Shown here piece by piece: positions 52,527 to 64,000 of a stretch of 64,000 nt of DNA. The stretch is from Lingula anatina (Eukaryota; Animalia; Brachiopoda). How positions within the stretch are numbered: position 1 is the first letter of the stretch; each line of letters begins with the position of its first letter. The stretch spans positions 17,170,587 through 17,234,586 of the forward strand of contig CM120648.1 in assembly GCA_051362555.1 (NCBI GenBank), given 5' to 3'. The position numbers and the translations under genes are program-made. The notes beneath the pieces were generated by a model. It searched no databases and was not told the DNA's origin. It saw nothing but the letters and a program-made list of their open reading frames with translations.

Positions 52527-54340
52527 TTTGTACATTGAGTACCCTATTATACAAAAAGATAATGCAGTGAGAGTATTTGGAATTTTCTCAGCCAACTCAT
52601 CTCCCTGTGATTGGTACAATAGGATTACTACTTGAATCATTGATTTTTTTTACTGGCAGCAACACTTACCAGTGTCTTTGTGATGAAATTTCATTATTTA
52701 TCATTTGATAAGAATAATTTTGAAAACCATACTAATAGCGACTGGTTTCCCTACCCTTTAGCATCTTATTTAAGCATGTAGCCTACTTTTATCCTTAATA
52801 TGTAGGACTCCGGTAACAGTTCTCTGGCAAGGCAATTAGTTTAGTGGTTTTCTTATGGGCAATTTGTCTCTTGCTGCCAGAGAGTAATTAGGTTTATTTT
52901 CACCATATCTCGCCCTAGGCTTGGAATCTGTACCGATACTGTAGTCATAAACGGTGAATCGGCATTAGAACAGCGTGCGCGAGCTCGGCTTCACTTGCAT
53001 ATGCACACGTGCAAAGAAGGAAGATTCACACTCTTAGAACATGACTTGGTGCGAACCAGGATCGGCCTCTTGTTATAATTGTTTGTTTCAGAACATGTGT
53101 AGGAAAAAAATCGAATTGATTAATTGAAGAGTAAACAACTATAGTTTATGTACTTATATGTAATAAGTCTATATGAAATATGTACCGGTATTTGTTTTCT
53201 TTTCTTTTCCGGGATAACCGCATTTTCAAAGGTGTGAAAACGATTGATGTCGCTTCTATCTAGAGATCATATGCGTTATGACGTGTGACTTAAGCATAGG
53301 TCTCAGCCATCTCCAAAGTTGACATATTTTAACTGAAATAATACTAACAGGTGTTCTATCAGCTTGGAATGATAAAATCTAAAACGTTTCATGTGATCCT
53401 GGGTTGTAGTAAGATCCCCGATCACCTAAGTGTAAACGGTTGGTTTTGTCAAATGGTTCATTATGCCCAATTTATTTTTCTGTACTACATGTCACCTCTT
53501 ACGATTGTGTAATTTAAAGGACGGACGGTTGTACAGCCGTGTGAACCAGGCCCGTGTCTAAACCACGGCACAAGTATCTGTGTAGACGGGCGTTATAAGG
53601 ATAAATATATATAGCTTTCAATTCAGCTTGATACGCAGTCGGTTGCTTTCTCACTTTAACACGATTACGGACTGGACGGGGTGAGAGATTTAGAATACCA
53701 AGGGGAAAGACAGACGTAACACGATTTGAAAGATGCTACACACCAAGAAAGCTTTTTTTTTTCAATTTTATCAGGAACTAAGGCTGCAATTTGAGATAAA
53801 TATCCATTCCTCTCGCTTCTGATTATCCAAATTTAAATTGTATATGGTCGACGTAAATTTCCAAGGAATGACTTCCAATCATCTGGATCTATTTAATTTT
53901 TGTCTCTGCATGAGGTAATGCAATCAGCACTCCTGGGGCAATTTATATATCATTTGTAATGTAGTTATCACATTGGGATTATAGAAGACAGGATGTACGT
54001 CTAGATCATATAGAAATATACACACATTTGTTGTGTTAAAACAAGCTATTTACATGACGATGTTCACTGTTCAAAGAAGTAAGAGAACACTAAAAAGAAC
54101 GTTTTTATATTGGATTATATTTTGTCGACAAAACCTTGTCTTGTGATGACCCAGCTCATAGAACAAAAAAAAAGCAATGACGAAATATATTGCTCAATAA
54201 AGATGCCATTGACTATACGATGTTCATCTCGCTTTTTTCTGTGACAGAAGACTATTAGGGTTTCAGATTGAACTAATGTTGTCTCAGACTTGGGACGAGC
54301 AGTATGTGAGAAGCATAAAAGGAAAAAATGAGTCCAGGTA

Positions 54341-54517
54341 CAGGCTTGTAGCTAGCAATTTCAAAAGTTTTTTTTTTTTTTTTTTTTTTTTGAAAAAAGT
54401 TAACCTTTTACAATGAAACCTTCATGCACCTAGGTATATTTTACCCAGAAGGAACCTTCCCCTCTCTCTTTCTCTCCCCCCCCCCCCCCCCCCCCCGCCC
54501 GCCTGGCTACGGGCCTG
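54341..54517. mobile_element. Short TIR element CAGGC.TGTAGC...GCTACGGGCCTG with 5-bp TSD AGGTA; relative at about 3318-3501
   Basis: The termini are inverted repeats. AGGTA at 54336-54340 and 54518-54522. Confidence 0.65.
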
Positions 54518-55426
54518 AGGTACTCTGATCTTCCTGTCTTCTTACGTCACAGAGGTAGGGGTTATGCTCTAGTGCGTGCGGCATGTCATGGCGGTAGGCA
54601 CTCAGACTGGCATTAAGAAACAAGCAATTCTTGATATTAATGCTCTGAAAACTTGTACAAGAGATCGAGGTTCGCAATTACGACGAACATTTCACCGGCT
54701 TCTGTCTGCCTTGGACCTGGGCGAACTACAAAGAAAATAGAATGTAAGGTAGATTTTTCCTCGAACATTTTGGAAAACCGTACAGGGCTTAAATGAGTTT
54801 TTATCGATCTCAATCTCTAACCTTGTGAAGATTGCTATAAATAACCTGCACTAAAAGCCTCTCTCGGATAACCCCCTCTGTCCTTCTTGCTATTTAAGTC
54901 CTGTAAGTTACAGATGGCATATTGCACAGTCGTTGAAGTCGTGAGAGACCGAGTGGACATCTAGTGCTATATCTCTGTGCACGGTTACTTAACCGCTGTC
55001 TCTATAAACATGCCTGAAGACGGACACGGCTTAATGAAACGCCTCCAGAAAGGCAAAGATGCTATTAACTCTGCTTCACCTTTCTGTGGACATTTAAGTT
55101 GTTTTCAATCAGCTATCTCAGCTTCCTTGCAAGCGTAATAGCCATCCAAATGGAACATTTAGCAGCGGATTATTGCTGTTTCTAAGTCATTGCCAGCCAT
55201 AACTGCCGCTTGTGTTATTATGAGTGCTTGGTAAAACGATACACATAGACGGTATTTAGAGGCGACAGGAGACTTTCTCGCAAGGTTTATCCGAGACCAA
55301 AGAACTCACGGTCGTGTGTCAGATAACCACTAAACTAGAAATGGCTCTTAGGCAAGCATATAAAGGTGTCAATTCAATGAGAATCTAGATGTCTTACATT
55401 TTGATAAAGTCTCTGGAACAAGTTAT

Positions 55427-55473
<47 letters not shown>

Positions 55474-57689
55474 GTAATGGTCCGAGGATTCCCTGTATAT
55501 TTCACATATCCCCCGTTCTCTTTCTCTTCTCGAGTCCTTTTTATGTGCTAAAACACAGTAGTTAAGGGTACAAAACGACTTAAACGAAAACAAGATTAAG
55601 AAAACTACTTAGAAGGTAGAGAGCGCTTTTAAAACAATTGCCTTTATCCTGCGATCTTTTATGTCCCCAGGTTACAGAGTGTGACCAACTAGAAACCTTT
55701 AAAAGGGATGAAGTCTCTTAGACGCACTTTCGTCACTTTACAATAAAAGGGTTACACACCCGAAACACCCAGCACTACTTTCTATGGTGATGCTTATCCG
55801 AAAGTGCAAAATTTTCAATTAAAACGCATCACATTCACAGTCATGAGAAAGCGAAAATTGAGTTAAAATACGATAGTGTCGCCATCTTTTGTTTCTAGAA
55901 AATCTACTTAAAGCAAACGGTCTGAACACTATGTGCTGGCCTATATTGTTGATTATTTACAACTGACTGAATCAAATCCATCAAAACATTAATATATAAA
56001 GACAAACGTCTTGGAGTCTACGTTAACGTTCGGTACGTACTGCAAGTCATTTGATGGTGCAGGCTGCAGCCTAACCGGGAGGGGGGGAGGGGGCGGTCAC
56101 TGCTCATAACTCATAAAACGCAAATGATTAGCGTCGAATATACATGTATTTTTATACTTTAATTTTTGTTACTTGTAGTAGTTAGAGAACCTTAAGTTGA
56201 ACGGCATTCCTGTGCTAAATAAAATCATTTATTATTATTATTATTATCATTATTATTATACCCGTACTGAAACGTGCTGTCAAATGTCATCGGGTTGTAG
56301 CCGGTATTTTTCTTTTTTTGGGGGGAGGGGAGTGGTGGGGGCAAGGGGGATAGGGGGGATAGAATAGTGCATAATAACCTCTTTCCACATCACACACTCA
56401 CACACACATATACAAACACACACATTTCTCACTGTGAGGTCCCCAATACTATATTATTTCTACATTAGCTAAAATACGTGCCACGAATTTTAAGAATAGA
56501 AAATGCGGGCCTGTCGCTTGCAGCTTTGTTATTTAAAGACATAAAGTAGGTCAGACTTGTCTTTTAAACTATGACGCGTTGAAAGCGTGCATAACGACGC
56601 CTGTGCTTGTATCACCCGGAACGCGCGTTCACGCAGAACACGAAAATTGCCTTTTAATTTCAAGGGCGCATCTAACATACAGTGTGTATATTGCTGCAAG
56701 GCGTCTGTACCTCCAGAGTTTTCCCTCGAGCCAGACGTGGGAAGCAACAGCAGTAGGAAGCAGAGTGATGTCGTTACCCGGGGTAAGCCGCTTGGTTATC
56801 ATGTAGCTACAATACCTAGTTAGTAGTGCGTCAGACCGTATCATGAACTATAACATACTGTATATACTTACTTAGTCAAACCTACAACAATAGCTTCTCC
56901 AAGGAATATTGGAGTGGTTACAGTTTGAGTTTAGACGCTGTTTGACGACACGAGGTTCTTGGGGGGTCCAACCCCCAAGAACCCAAAGAGTTCTGATGAC
57001 TTGTCTTTGTATACTGCCATGTGTATGGCTTTAGCATTCTCTATTTCTATCATGGTCACGTGTCACAGATTTGTCATATCGCATTGGACTGAGGTCACTG
57101 ATTCCCCTGTCTCCATCTGTCATGATAAGAGAAAGATTGCACTTTGGTGCGTCACTTATTAAAAAAGGCGCATCACGTTGTAGCATCGATGACGTAAAGG
57201 ACTGCATTCAGCAAAAATGGCCAGATAAGTTATTTCATAAGACAGACTTTATACGATTATCATCTGGCAATGACCATGTTGAAAATATCAGTTCATTCAT
57301 GAATTGACTTAGGAAGACTTCCGGTCTCAATTAGCTTGAATGATTATAAAGATTGAATTGGATCATTAAATCCTTCATTAATTAGGTACTTCAGTAGAAA
57401 CGTCTCACAGTAAGATGTCGACCGCGTCTAATAGCTTGATCTGAATCATTAAAAGCATGGACCCCGATGCTTAAACCGAATGTGTCATATTTAGAAAGCA
57501 CCCCTATCGTTTCAATTAACTCTCTTCAATAAAGACAGCAAAACGTCTGATACTTTTTAACCTGCCGTCAATTACCTAAGCTGTACTGCTGTTCCACTGA
57601 AGCAGTATGTACCCAGCACCCGAGTAGAGCACTTATGTTCAATTAAATGTACCGACTTTATCGTTTTTCCGTGGGGCCTTAGCAATAGT

Positions 57690-57832
57690 ACGAAGGTTCA
57701 ATGGTCCGAAGGTTCATTGGTCCGAATATTCACTACAGAACCTTCGGACCAATGAACCCTTGATTAAAAAATCGATGAAAATGTTACCACTTTTCGGACC
57801 AATGAACCTTCGGACTATTGAGACGCCCCCTT
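57690..57832. repeat. Short element of direct and inverted GGTTCATTGGTCCGAA modules
   Basis: GGTTCA(A/T)TGGTCCGAA x2 followed by TTCGGACCAATGAACC x2-3. Non-autonomous transposon-like; the family is not established. Confidence 0.6.
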
Positions 57833-59087
57833 TTCCGTTCTTACGTGCCAGTAGGTTTGTTACTAATGAGCAGAGATGACGTGCCTCATGGGTGATCAGC
57901 TGATCTGTTAAGGTAGAGCCCATTCAGAATAGAAAAACCAAGGATCTTCTGATCCACAGATCAAATATGGCGGACCTTACATGAAAGAAGAGCCGACTAA
58001 TCCGCTAATGGTCTCCCTGCCATAAAACGGATTAAATCACGGCTCAGAGGTTTAATTGCTAGACCCCTGCAAGAACGGGCTCTGAATGGGCTCTTAGAGG
58101 AGTCCTTGCTCTTTTGGTATCTCAATCAGCATATCACCTGCTTACTTCCACATAAATAGGCCGTGCATTGACCTGGCTTCAAAGTCCGTGATTTTTTTAC
58201 TTTCACCGAAATGGCTGCAGATTATTTCACCAGGAGCGTGGTCTTCTAGTGCTGACCGTCTGACAGACCATTTGTTTTTGTAGATCACTTCAAGCGAAAT
58301 GATCAATTACAACTTTCCCATGAAGTTCTTAAACCATACACGAGAATACATCATCTCTGCGCACCTGTATTCCCGCTTACCAGAGTTTCTCATAGCACCT
58401 GTTCCATGAAGATATCTATCTTATCACTTCTTTCTTTGACCTCTCAGCAGCGATGAGTGATCAGCATAGGTGAAAGAAATACCTTTTTTTACAAAGTGAA
58501 CGCCACTGTCAACATAGCGATATTATTCGTCTATGCGGTTATGCTGCCGCGTTGCCCATTCTACATTCACGATAAACGTAAAATCAGTAGGAGCAGTATT
58601 TTTAAAAAAAAGTCGCAGGATTTATTCTGAATGCGGGGCTACCATTCACTTCCAGCTTTATAAAATTCCCCTCCCTATAAGCAAATAGCGCTAAAATCAG
58701 CGCTGTCGTTATGTAAGCCATTGAGTTAAATAAACTATAATTGCAGTTGATTTTGATCAGCTCTTTTATTTAAAAAAAAAGCATCGATCAATACGCAGCG
58801 CCCCTGGACCTTGATACGCTAAGCAAATGAGGCAGAACTTCTATTACAGATAAATTATCCTCGCAGGATCTGACTATCAATTCTTAAGGACACGCTGGGA
58901 TTTTACGCGCCAAACGATGTGATTATCGCTTTGGGGAGCTCGAGGCTCGCGACTGTTTCGCGCACACTTTCAGCTTAACGGATCTACTGGCTACGGTATT
59001 GACCCGAGGTTGCCAGTAGTGATTTTAGTTTAATATCTGCACATTGACATGGTTAGGAACACGAAGAAGTGCATTTATGGAGGTGCC

Positions 59088-59515
59088 CGCCAGAAAAGTG
59101 GTAGCTCAGCTCTAACTTCGAAGTGCCAGGAATGGTAGCTTAGCTCATACCTCGGGGTGTGCGCCAGGAATGGTAGCTCAGCGCATACCTCGGAGTGTGC
59201 GCCAAAAAGTGGTAGCTCAGCGCATGCTTCGAAGTGTGCACCAGGAATGGTAGCTCAGCTCAAACCTCGGAGTGTGCGCCTGGAAAGGTAGCTCAGCTCA
59301 AACTTCGACGTGTGTGCCTGGAAAGGTAGCTCAGGGCATACCTCGGAGTGTGCACCAGGAATGGTAGCTCAGCGTATACCTCGGAGTGTGCGCAAGAGAG
59401 TGGTAGATCAGTTCATACCTCAAATGTGCGCCTGGAAAGGTAGCTCAGCTCATACCTCGGAGTGTGCGCCAGGAAAGCTGTATATCAGCTCATGCCTCGG
59501 AGTGTGCGCCAGGAG
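59088..59515. repeat. About 38-bp GC-rich minisatellite, about 11 units
   Basis: Consensus GGTAGCTCAGC(T/G)CATACCTCGGAGTGTGCGCCAGGAA(T/A). Confidence 0.95.
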
Positions 59516-61937
59516 TCCGCTCCAGGGAGACATTTCTATCGCAGACCTCTATGGGGTTTATAGTTGAAAGGATCGCGTTTATCGTATCGATGACTGATAT
59601 ACCGTTAAAACTTCAGAGGCCAGTGAAATGCAAATCGAAGATATAGATGAAGCTTAATGGCGTAGAACAAAGCGATGTATCTCCCCACTTTTAACGCTAG
59701 AAATTCTGTTCGTCAACAACCCATTGGCGATTTCACACAAGGACTTTCGACCGGACCTTGGGCTTCTTTGAGACCCTCATTTTAACCTTCCTTGACCCAA
59801 ATAAATCATCGTTAGTCTACCTACGCGAAATATAACGCCTGTTTTATTAAAAGGAAGGAATAAGTTAAGTTTTATACCATAACTTTATAGTCAAAATTCT
59901 ATATTCTTGATTTCCTTTCAAGTTTTCTAGAGCTTGAGTGGTATGTTAAAACCTTTTTTATTTTCAATTTTAACATAGATTTCTAACAAATGTGTTCAAA
60001 ATCTTCATTGTGCACTGAAAGGAAATGCACGAAATCAGCCAAACCGTTGATCATTTTAGTGATGTTATATCTAGAGATGAGTAGGAAATGTGTATCTCTA
60101 TTGTCGGAAAGAGGTTCGGTGGGTACAAGTAAATTAGTGGTAATATTAACGCTAGCTGACTGCCCTGTGTCGAGTACAATATATGTTGTTATACAAACAG
60201 CACGCAGTGATGTGTCATACATCGCCAAACACTTAGTTAGTGTCATTAGATATGACTTACGACTCCAGTTCAGCAATTATTGATCAAAGCAGTTTATCTC
60301 ACCCTCTGAGAACACGAGAACAGAGGCGGAAAACACTGAATATTAGGACATTAAGACCGAGTGCAGAGGCACCCAGCACGAAGACCCCCCCCTCCCCCCA
60401 ACCCCCCACTCCCAGCCCCCAGTGTGCTTCATCAGTTTAAAGCTGTTGGAACTCTGTTTTGTCGCACTAAAATATGTTTTATATCCGAAAACATTTACGG
60501 CTTGATAGCATTCGCCGTACGTCTGCATTATTTTTATATTTTTATGATACCAACATTTTAAAATTCACACCTAAGATGAAAAGCGAGAGGTATGTACATG
60601 GCAATGTGTGATGTGTTCCATCAAAATAGTGACGATGTGACAGGTATAACGTAACAGTGGTACTATATCAATTGTGACGTCTTATTTGTAGCTGTTGCGT
60701 CAGGTGTGACGTCATGGTAGCAATACTTGTGACGTCATAATAGTCAATTTCTTTCAATGTTGACATCCTTAACAACAAAACTCGCCAAAAAACTACATCT
60801 ATTTAGTTTCTGTCCGAAAGTTTCAAGTTTGCCGCATACAAAAGTGGACAAGAAAGGAAGGTCAGTGTGACACTTGAATATTGTTAAAGTGACAGGGTTT
60901 GTGTGACATGCTCTGAATACGTGTTTGTCGTTGGTTGATGATCATTGTTGGAAATAGGCGATATCCACCCCACCAAATGAACACAAATAATCTACTTCAA
61001 ACAACGAAACAATTAAAGTCATTTATCTTTAATAAGTGTTTTTTTTTTAAACTTAAATAATAAAAAATGATCTGAATGTAAATGGTGACGAAAAACTACA
61101 AAATATCAAATTTAGACAAATGTGACATCTGCCCTTGAAATAAGACAACCAAGATTAACCAACCTTATTGAATCGCTCTACAGATCAAAGAAAATAATGT
61201 TTTATCCAGACATCAGTTTTGGAAGTATGCCACTTAATGCGCCTAATCTAATGACCAACAATGGAAATAACGATACAGCATGGCGCCTCGAGAAACCGGC
61301 GTTTCCTGGGGTCGGTGATCCGTTTAAGAAGGTCGTCTGCTTCATCTGATTGCCAAGACGTGTTGTCCATTGCAGATGAAAGGAAATGAAACTAGATATT
61401 TTCATTAGAACGGCGACTTGGCAAAGGTGCCGGAAGAAAGTTTGTCTTCACTGACGTCATGTCGGGTAGACGAGAAGTGTCGAGACATTACGAGACATCA
61501 CAAAGTTTCAGTGACGTGTTGGAAAAATTAGAAAATTAAATAAGAGGACGAGGAGTGCCTTTGTCTGCCAGTATTTCCGGAACAGGGGCAGATCCAGAAT
61601 TATTTAAAGGGGGGAAGGTCCATTGGCGTAAGGTTCAGGGTTGGGCGAACGGTGTCACTTGGTACGGTTTGAAACTATGATTCAGCTAGTCGAAATTCTA
61701 ATTTCAAAAGGGCAGCATTCGTGTGATTTTTTTTCAGAAATCAAAGAGGGAGGAGCTCAGATCCCCCCTCCCCCCCCTCACACCTGTAGAGGTGGAGGTA
61801 TTTTGAGATTGCCCGGAAATGTATATGTAACGATGCTTCTGACGTCTGATGCCTGCTTTCTTTTTGTATTATAGAATATGTTTGAGATTCCCTGAGCCGT
61901 TTCTGATGTAATAGTTATGTCAATAGGCGAACTGATG

Positions 61938-61981
<44 letters not shown>

Positions 61982-64000
61982 TCGTCTACTGTAATTATAC
62001 ATTTACTGTTACTAAAAAAAGGAACAAATAACACAGTATTGAATTTTACGAGAACTAGAATGTGATTAGTATGGTACTTACAGTCACAGTAGTTTCTTTT
62101 AATGGTAGTCTCTTGGCAGTTGGCAATAAATCATCTACATTAAGGGGTGAAGTTGTTATCGGCGCCAAATTATTTCGACGCTTAAGAGGCACTTGAATGT
62201 TTCCCACTAACCTGAATCAGGGCAGCGTTGTTGTATGTGCCTCTTACTGGTTAATATACTGTAAATATACTTGTCTTTAAGGGTGCTGCTGCTGGATAAG
62301 AGGAATACAAGTTAATGATGAAAGTACTGCTAAGTGTGAACTTTCAGTTTGGCAACCGATCTAGCTTCTTGTTTTTTAGAGTTTCCAATGTTATATAGTA
62401 TTTTGTCATTCCTTCATGTTGATATTCCCTATAGCATTTATATCAGGCCTGCTGCGAATTTGCAGCAAGATTATTGCAAACTGTAATTCTTTCTTGCCAA
62501 TTTGCAGCAAAATTGCTGCAATATGGCTGCAAATTTTGCTTGCAAACTTGTTGCTTCAAACTGCAGTCTTGCTGCAAACTTTTTATTTTGCTTAGGATAT
62601 GATTCAAAACTTTAAGAATACACGCATAGCTGGCAGATTTAATTTTGGGTAAAAGTAGGGGTGGATAGAGAGGCCAGGGGTTAAACTTCATTACCTCGAA
62701 AAAACTACAGTAGTTGGACACAGTTTTACTTTTACGAGTAGGGCACAATTAGTTTTGTCTTCTTATACATTTTATTTTCTTCTGCCGCTGTTCTCAGAAT
62801 TCTATGCGTATGCAGCTTTTTCTGAATCTATGTAGGGAGTTAGAAGTGAAGAAGCAGAATGTTTTATGAATGATATGTACATGTAGATGGGTCACGCCGT
62901 GTCATTCCCATAGCGAGCGGTTTTCATCTTGGTCAATAGAATATTCTATTTCTCAACAGCTGGAAATTGGAGGAATAATAATAATAATAATAATATTGGT
63001 ATAATAATAATAATAATAATAATATTGGTATAATAATAATAATAATAATATTGTTATTATTATTAAGAGTAGTAGTAGTAGTAGCAGTTGTTGTGGTAGT
63101 ACTTAGAATTCGTTTTAAATCCTACTTTGTGTCGCTTTAATTGGAAAAGAAATCCACTGCCTGCATACATCACATGTACAGCTCAAGAAATGTTTCTATC
63201 CTGCTTTTTCGAAGCACTTATTTGAAAGTGGCATAGAGTATCCACGTTCTCCGCGTTTTTTTTACCCGACATTTATTTTATTGCAGCACCATTACTTGTA
63301 TACGTTCGATTAGTTACGACTCCTCTTTCCATTTTTTGAACAACATTATATTTATGTGTTCTACTTAGTGCAAAGCGTCTATACCCCAGTGCGTAGAAGC
63401 GTGTCCGTGGGTGCTTCTGGTACGTGTTCTTATGTTCTGCCGAGTGTATTTCACAGCATGGAGTTCTGCCAGCCGATACCCTTTACGGCACTCCTGGAAT
63501 TACCTTCAGTACACATTGCCGCGTGCTGCACCCTTTTAAAAATATCACATTCCCTTTACAACTGTACTATTAGGAACAAGTTTAGCAATACAAGTGTTTT
63601 ATTGTGCTTTAAGATGTATGGTAGTGACAGACCTCCTGTATAAGCAATGCCAGAAATACACATCGACTGAACCGCGCGCGCTCATGACGAGCTTGCAAGA
63701 ATGGCCTATGCATGGAGTCGAATAGCCCGACCTTGACTTTGGCCAATTAATAGGGACACTACATGTACACAAGCTAACCCTGATTAACCTGACATCTTGT
63801 ACTAGTGATTTTGACTACTTAACGATGGTCTGACTACAAGAGCCAAGCCAATTATTGGAAATGGCGCTGTACACGCTCCGCTGTAAGGCAAACCCAATTA
63901 GGAATGAAGTTAAGAGATACAAGCCACATAATGATCTTGTTAACTTGAGTGATTTAATTTTGGCTGAGTGTATAGTAAAAGAAAAACAACAACATTATCT

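Noticed and set aside
59088-59515. CRISPR array or tRNA cluster
   Set aside because: There are no spacers, and the 38-nt units cannot form a cloverleaf and lack a T-arm GTTC motif.
62445-62582. TTGCAGCAA/TTGCTGCAA palindrome cluster (similar AACGTT cluster at about 8150-8225) as regulatory arrays
   Set aside because: They are more simply explained as subterminal repeats of truncated DNA transposons; no matching second end or TSD could be confirmed.
47600-64000. Additional protein-coding genes or autonomous transposases (e.g. ORFs at 48527-48886, 56529-56844, 59983-60283, 63356-63643)
   Set aside because: I found no recognisable motifs or consistent exon chain by eye. Small exons or decayed TEs cannot be excluded without BLASTx or RNA-seq.

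Overview
This is AT-rich, repeat-rich eukaryotic (metazoan, probably invertebrate/lophotrochozoan) genomic DNA. Most ORF-track entries are spurious or single exons of spliced genes. I reconstructed three intron-containing genes by hand from GT-AG sites and reading-frame phases. (1) A divergent chitin synthase on the minus strand (about 18447-10494, 8 exons, about 1104 aa). (2) SEC62 on the minus strand (37985 downward, 8 exons). Its last two exons and 3' region are tandemly duplicated (21602-27937 / 27942-33666). The proximal last exon has a +1 frameshift that removes the C-terminal LIR-like FEVV motif, while the distal copy is intact. (3) A cationic amino acid transporter (SLC7A1-4/CAT family) on the plus strand (40075-46214, 12 coding exons, about 616 aa), head-to-head with SEC62. 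Several introns carry tandem repeats at exon boundaries, and those in SEC62 and SLC7A are copies of the gene's own splice site. The intergenic DNA holds nested non-autonomous DNA transposons with resolvable TSDs, dispersed MITE families, microsatellites and a 38-bp hairpin minisatellite. I could not identify any convincing gene in 1-10 kb or 47-64 kb. No CRISPR array, rRNA or tRNA is supported.
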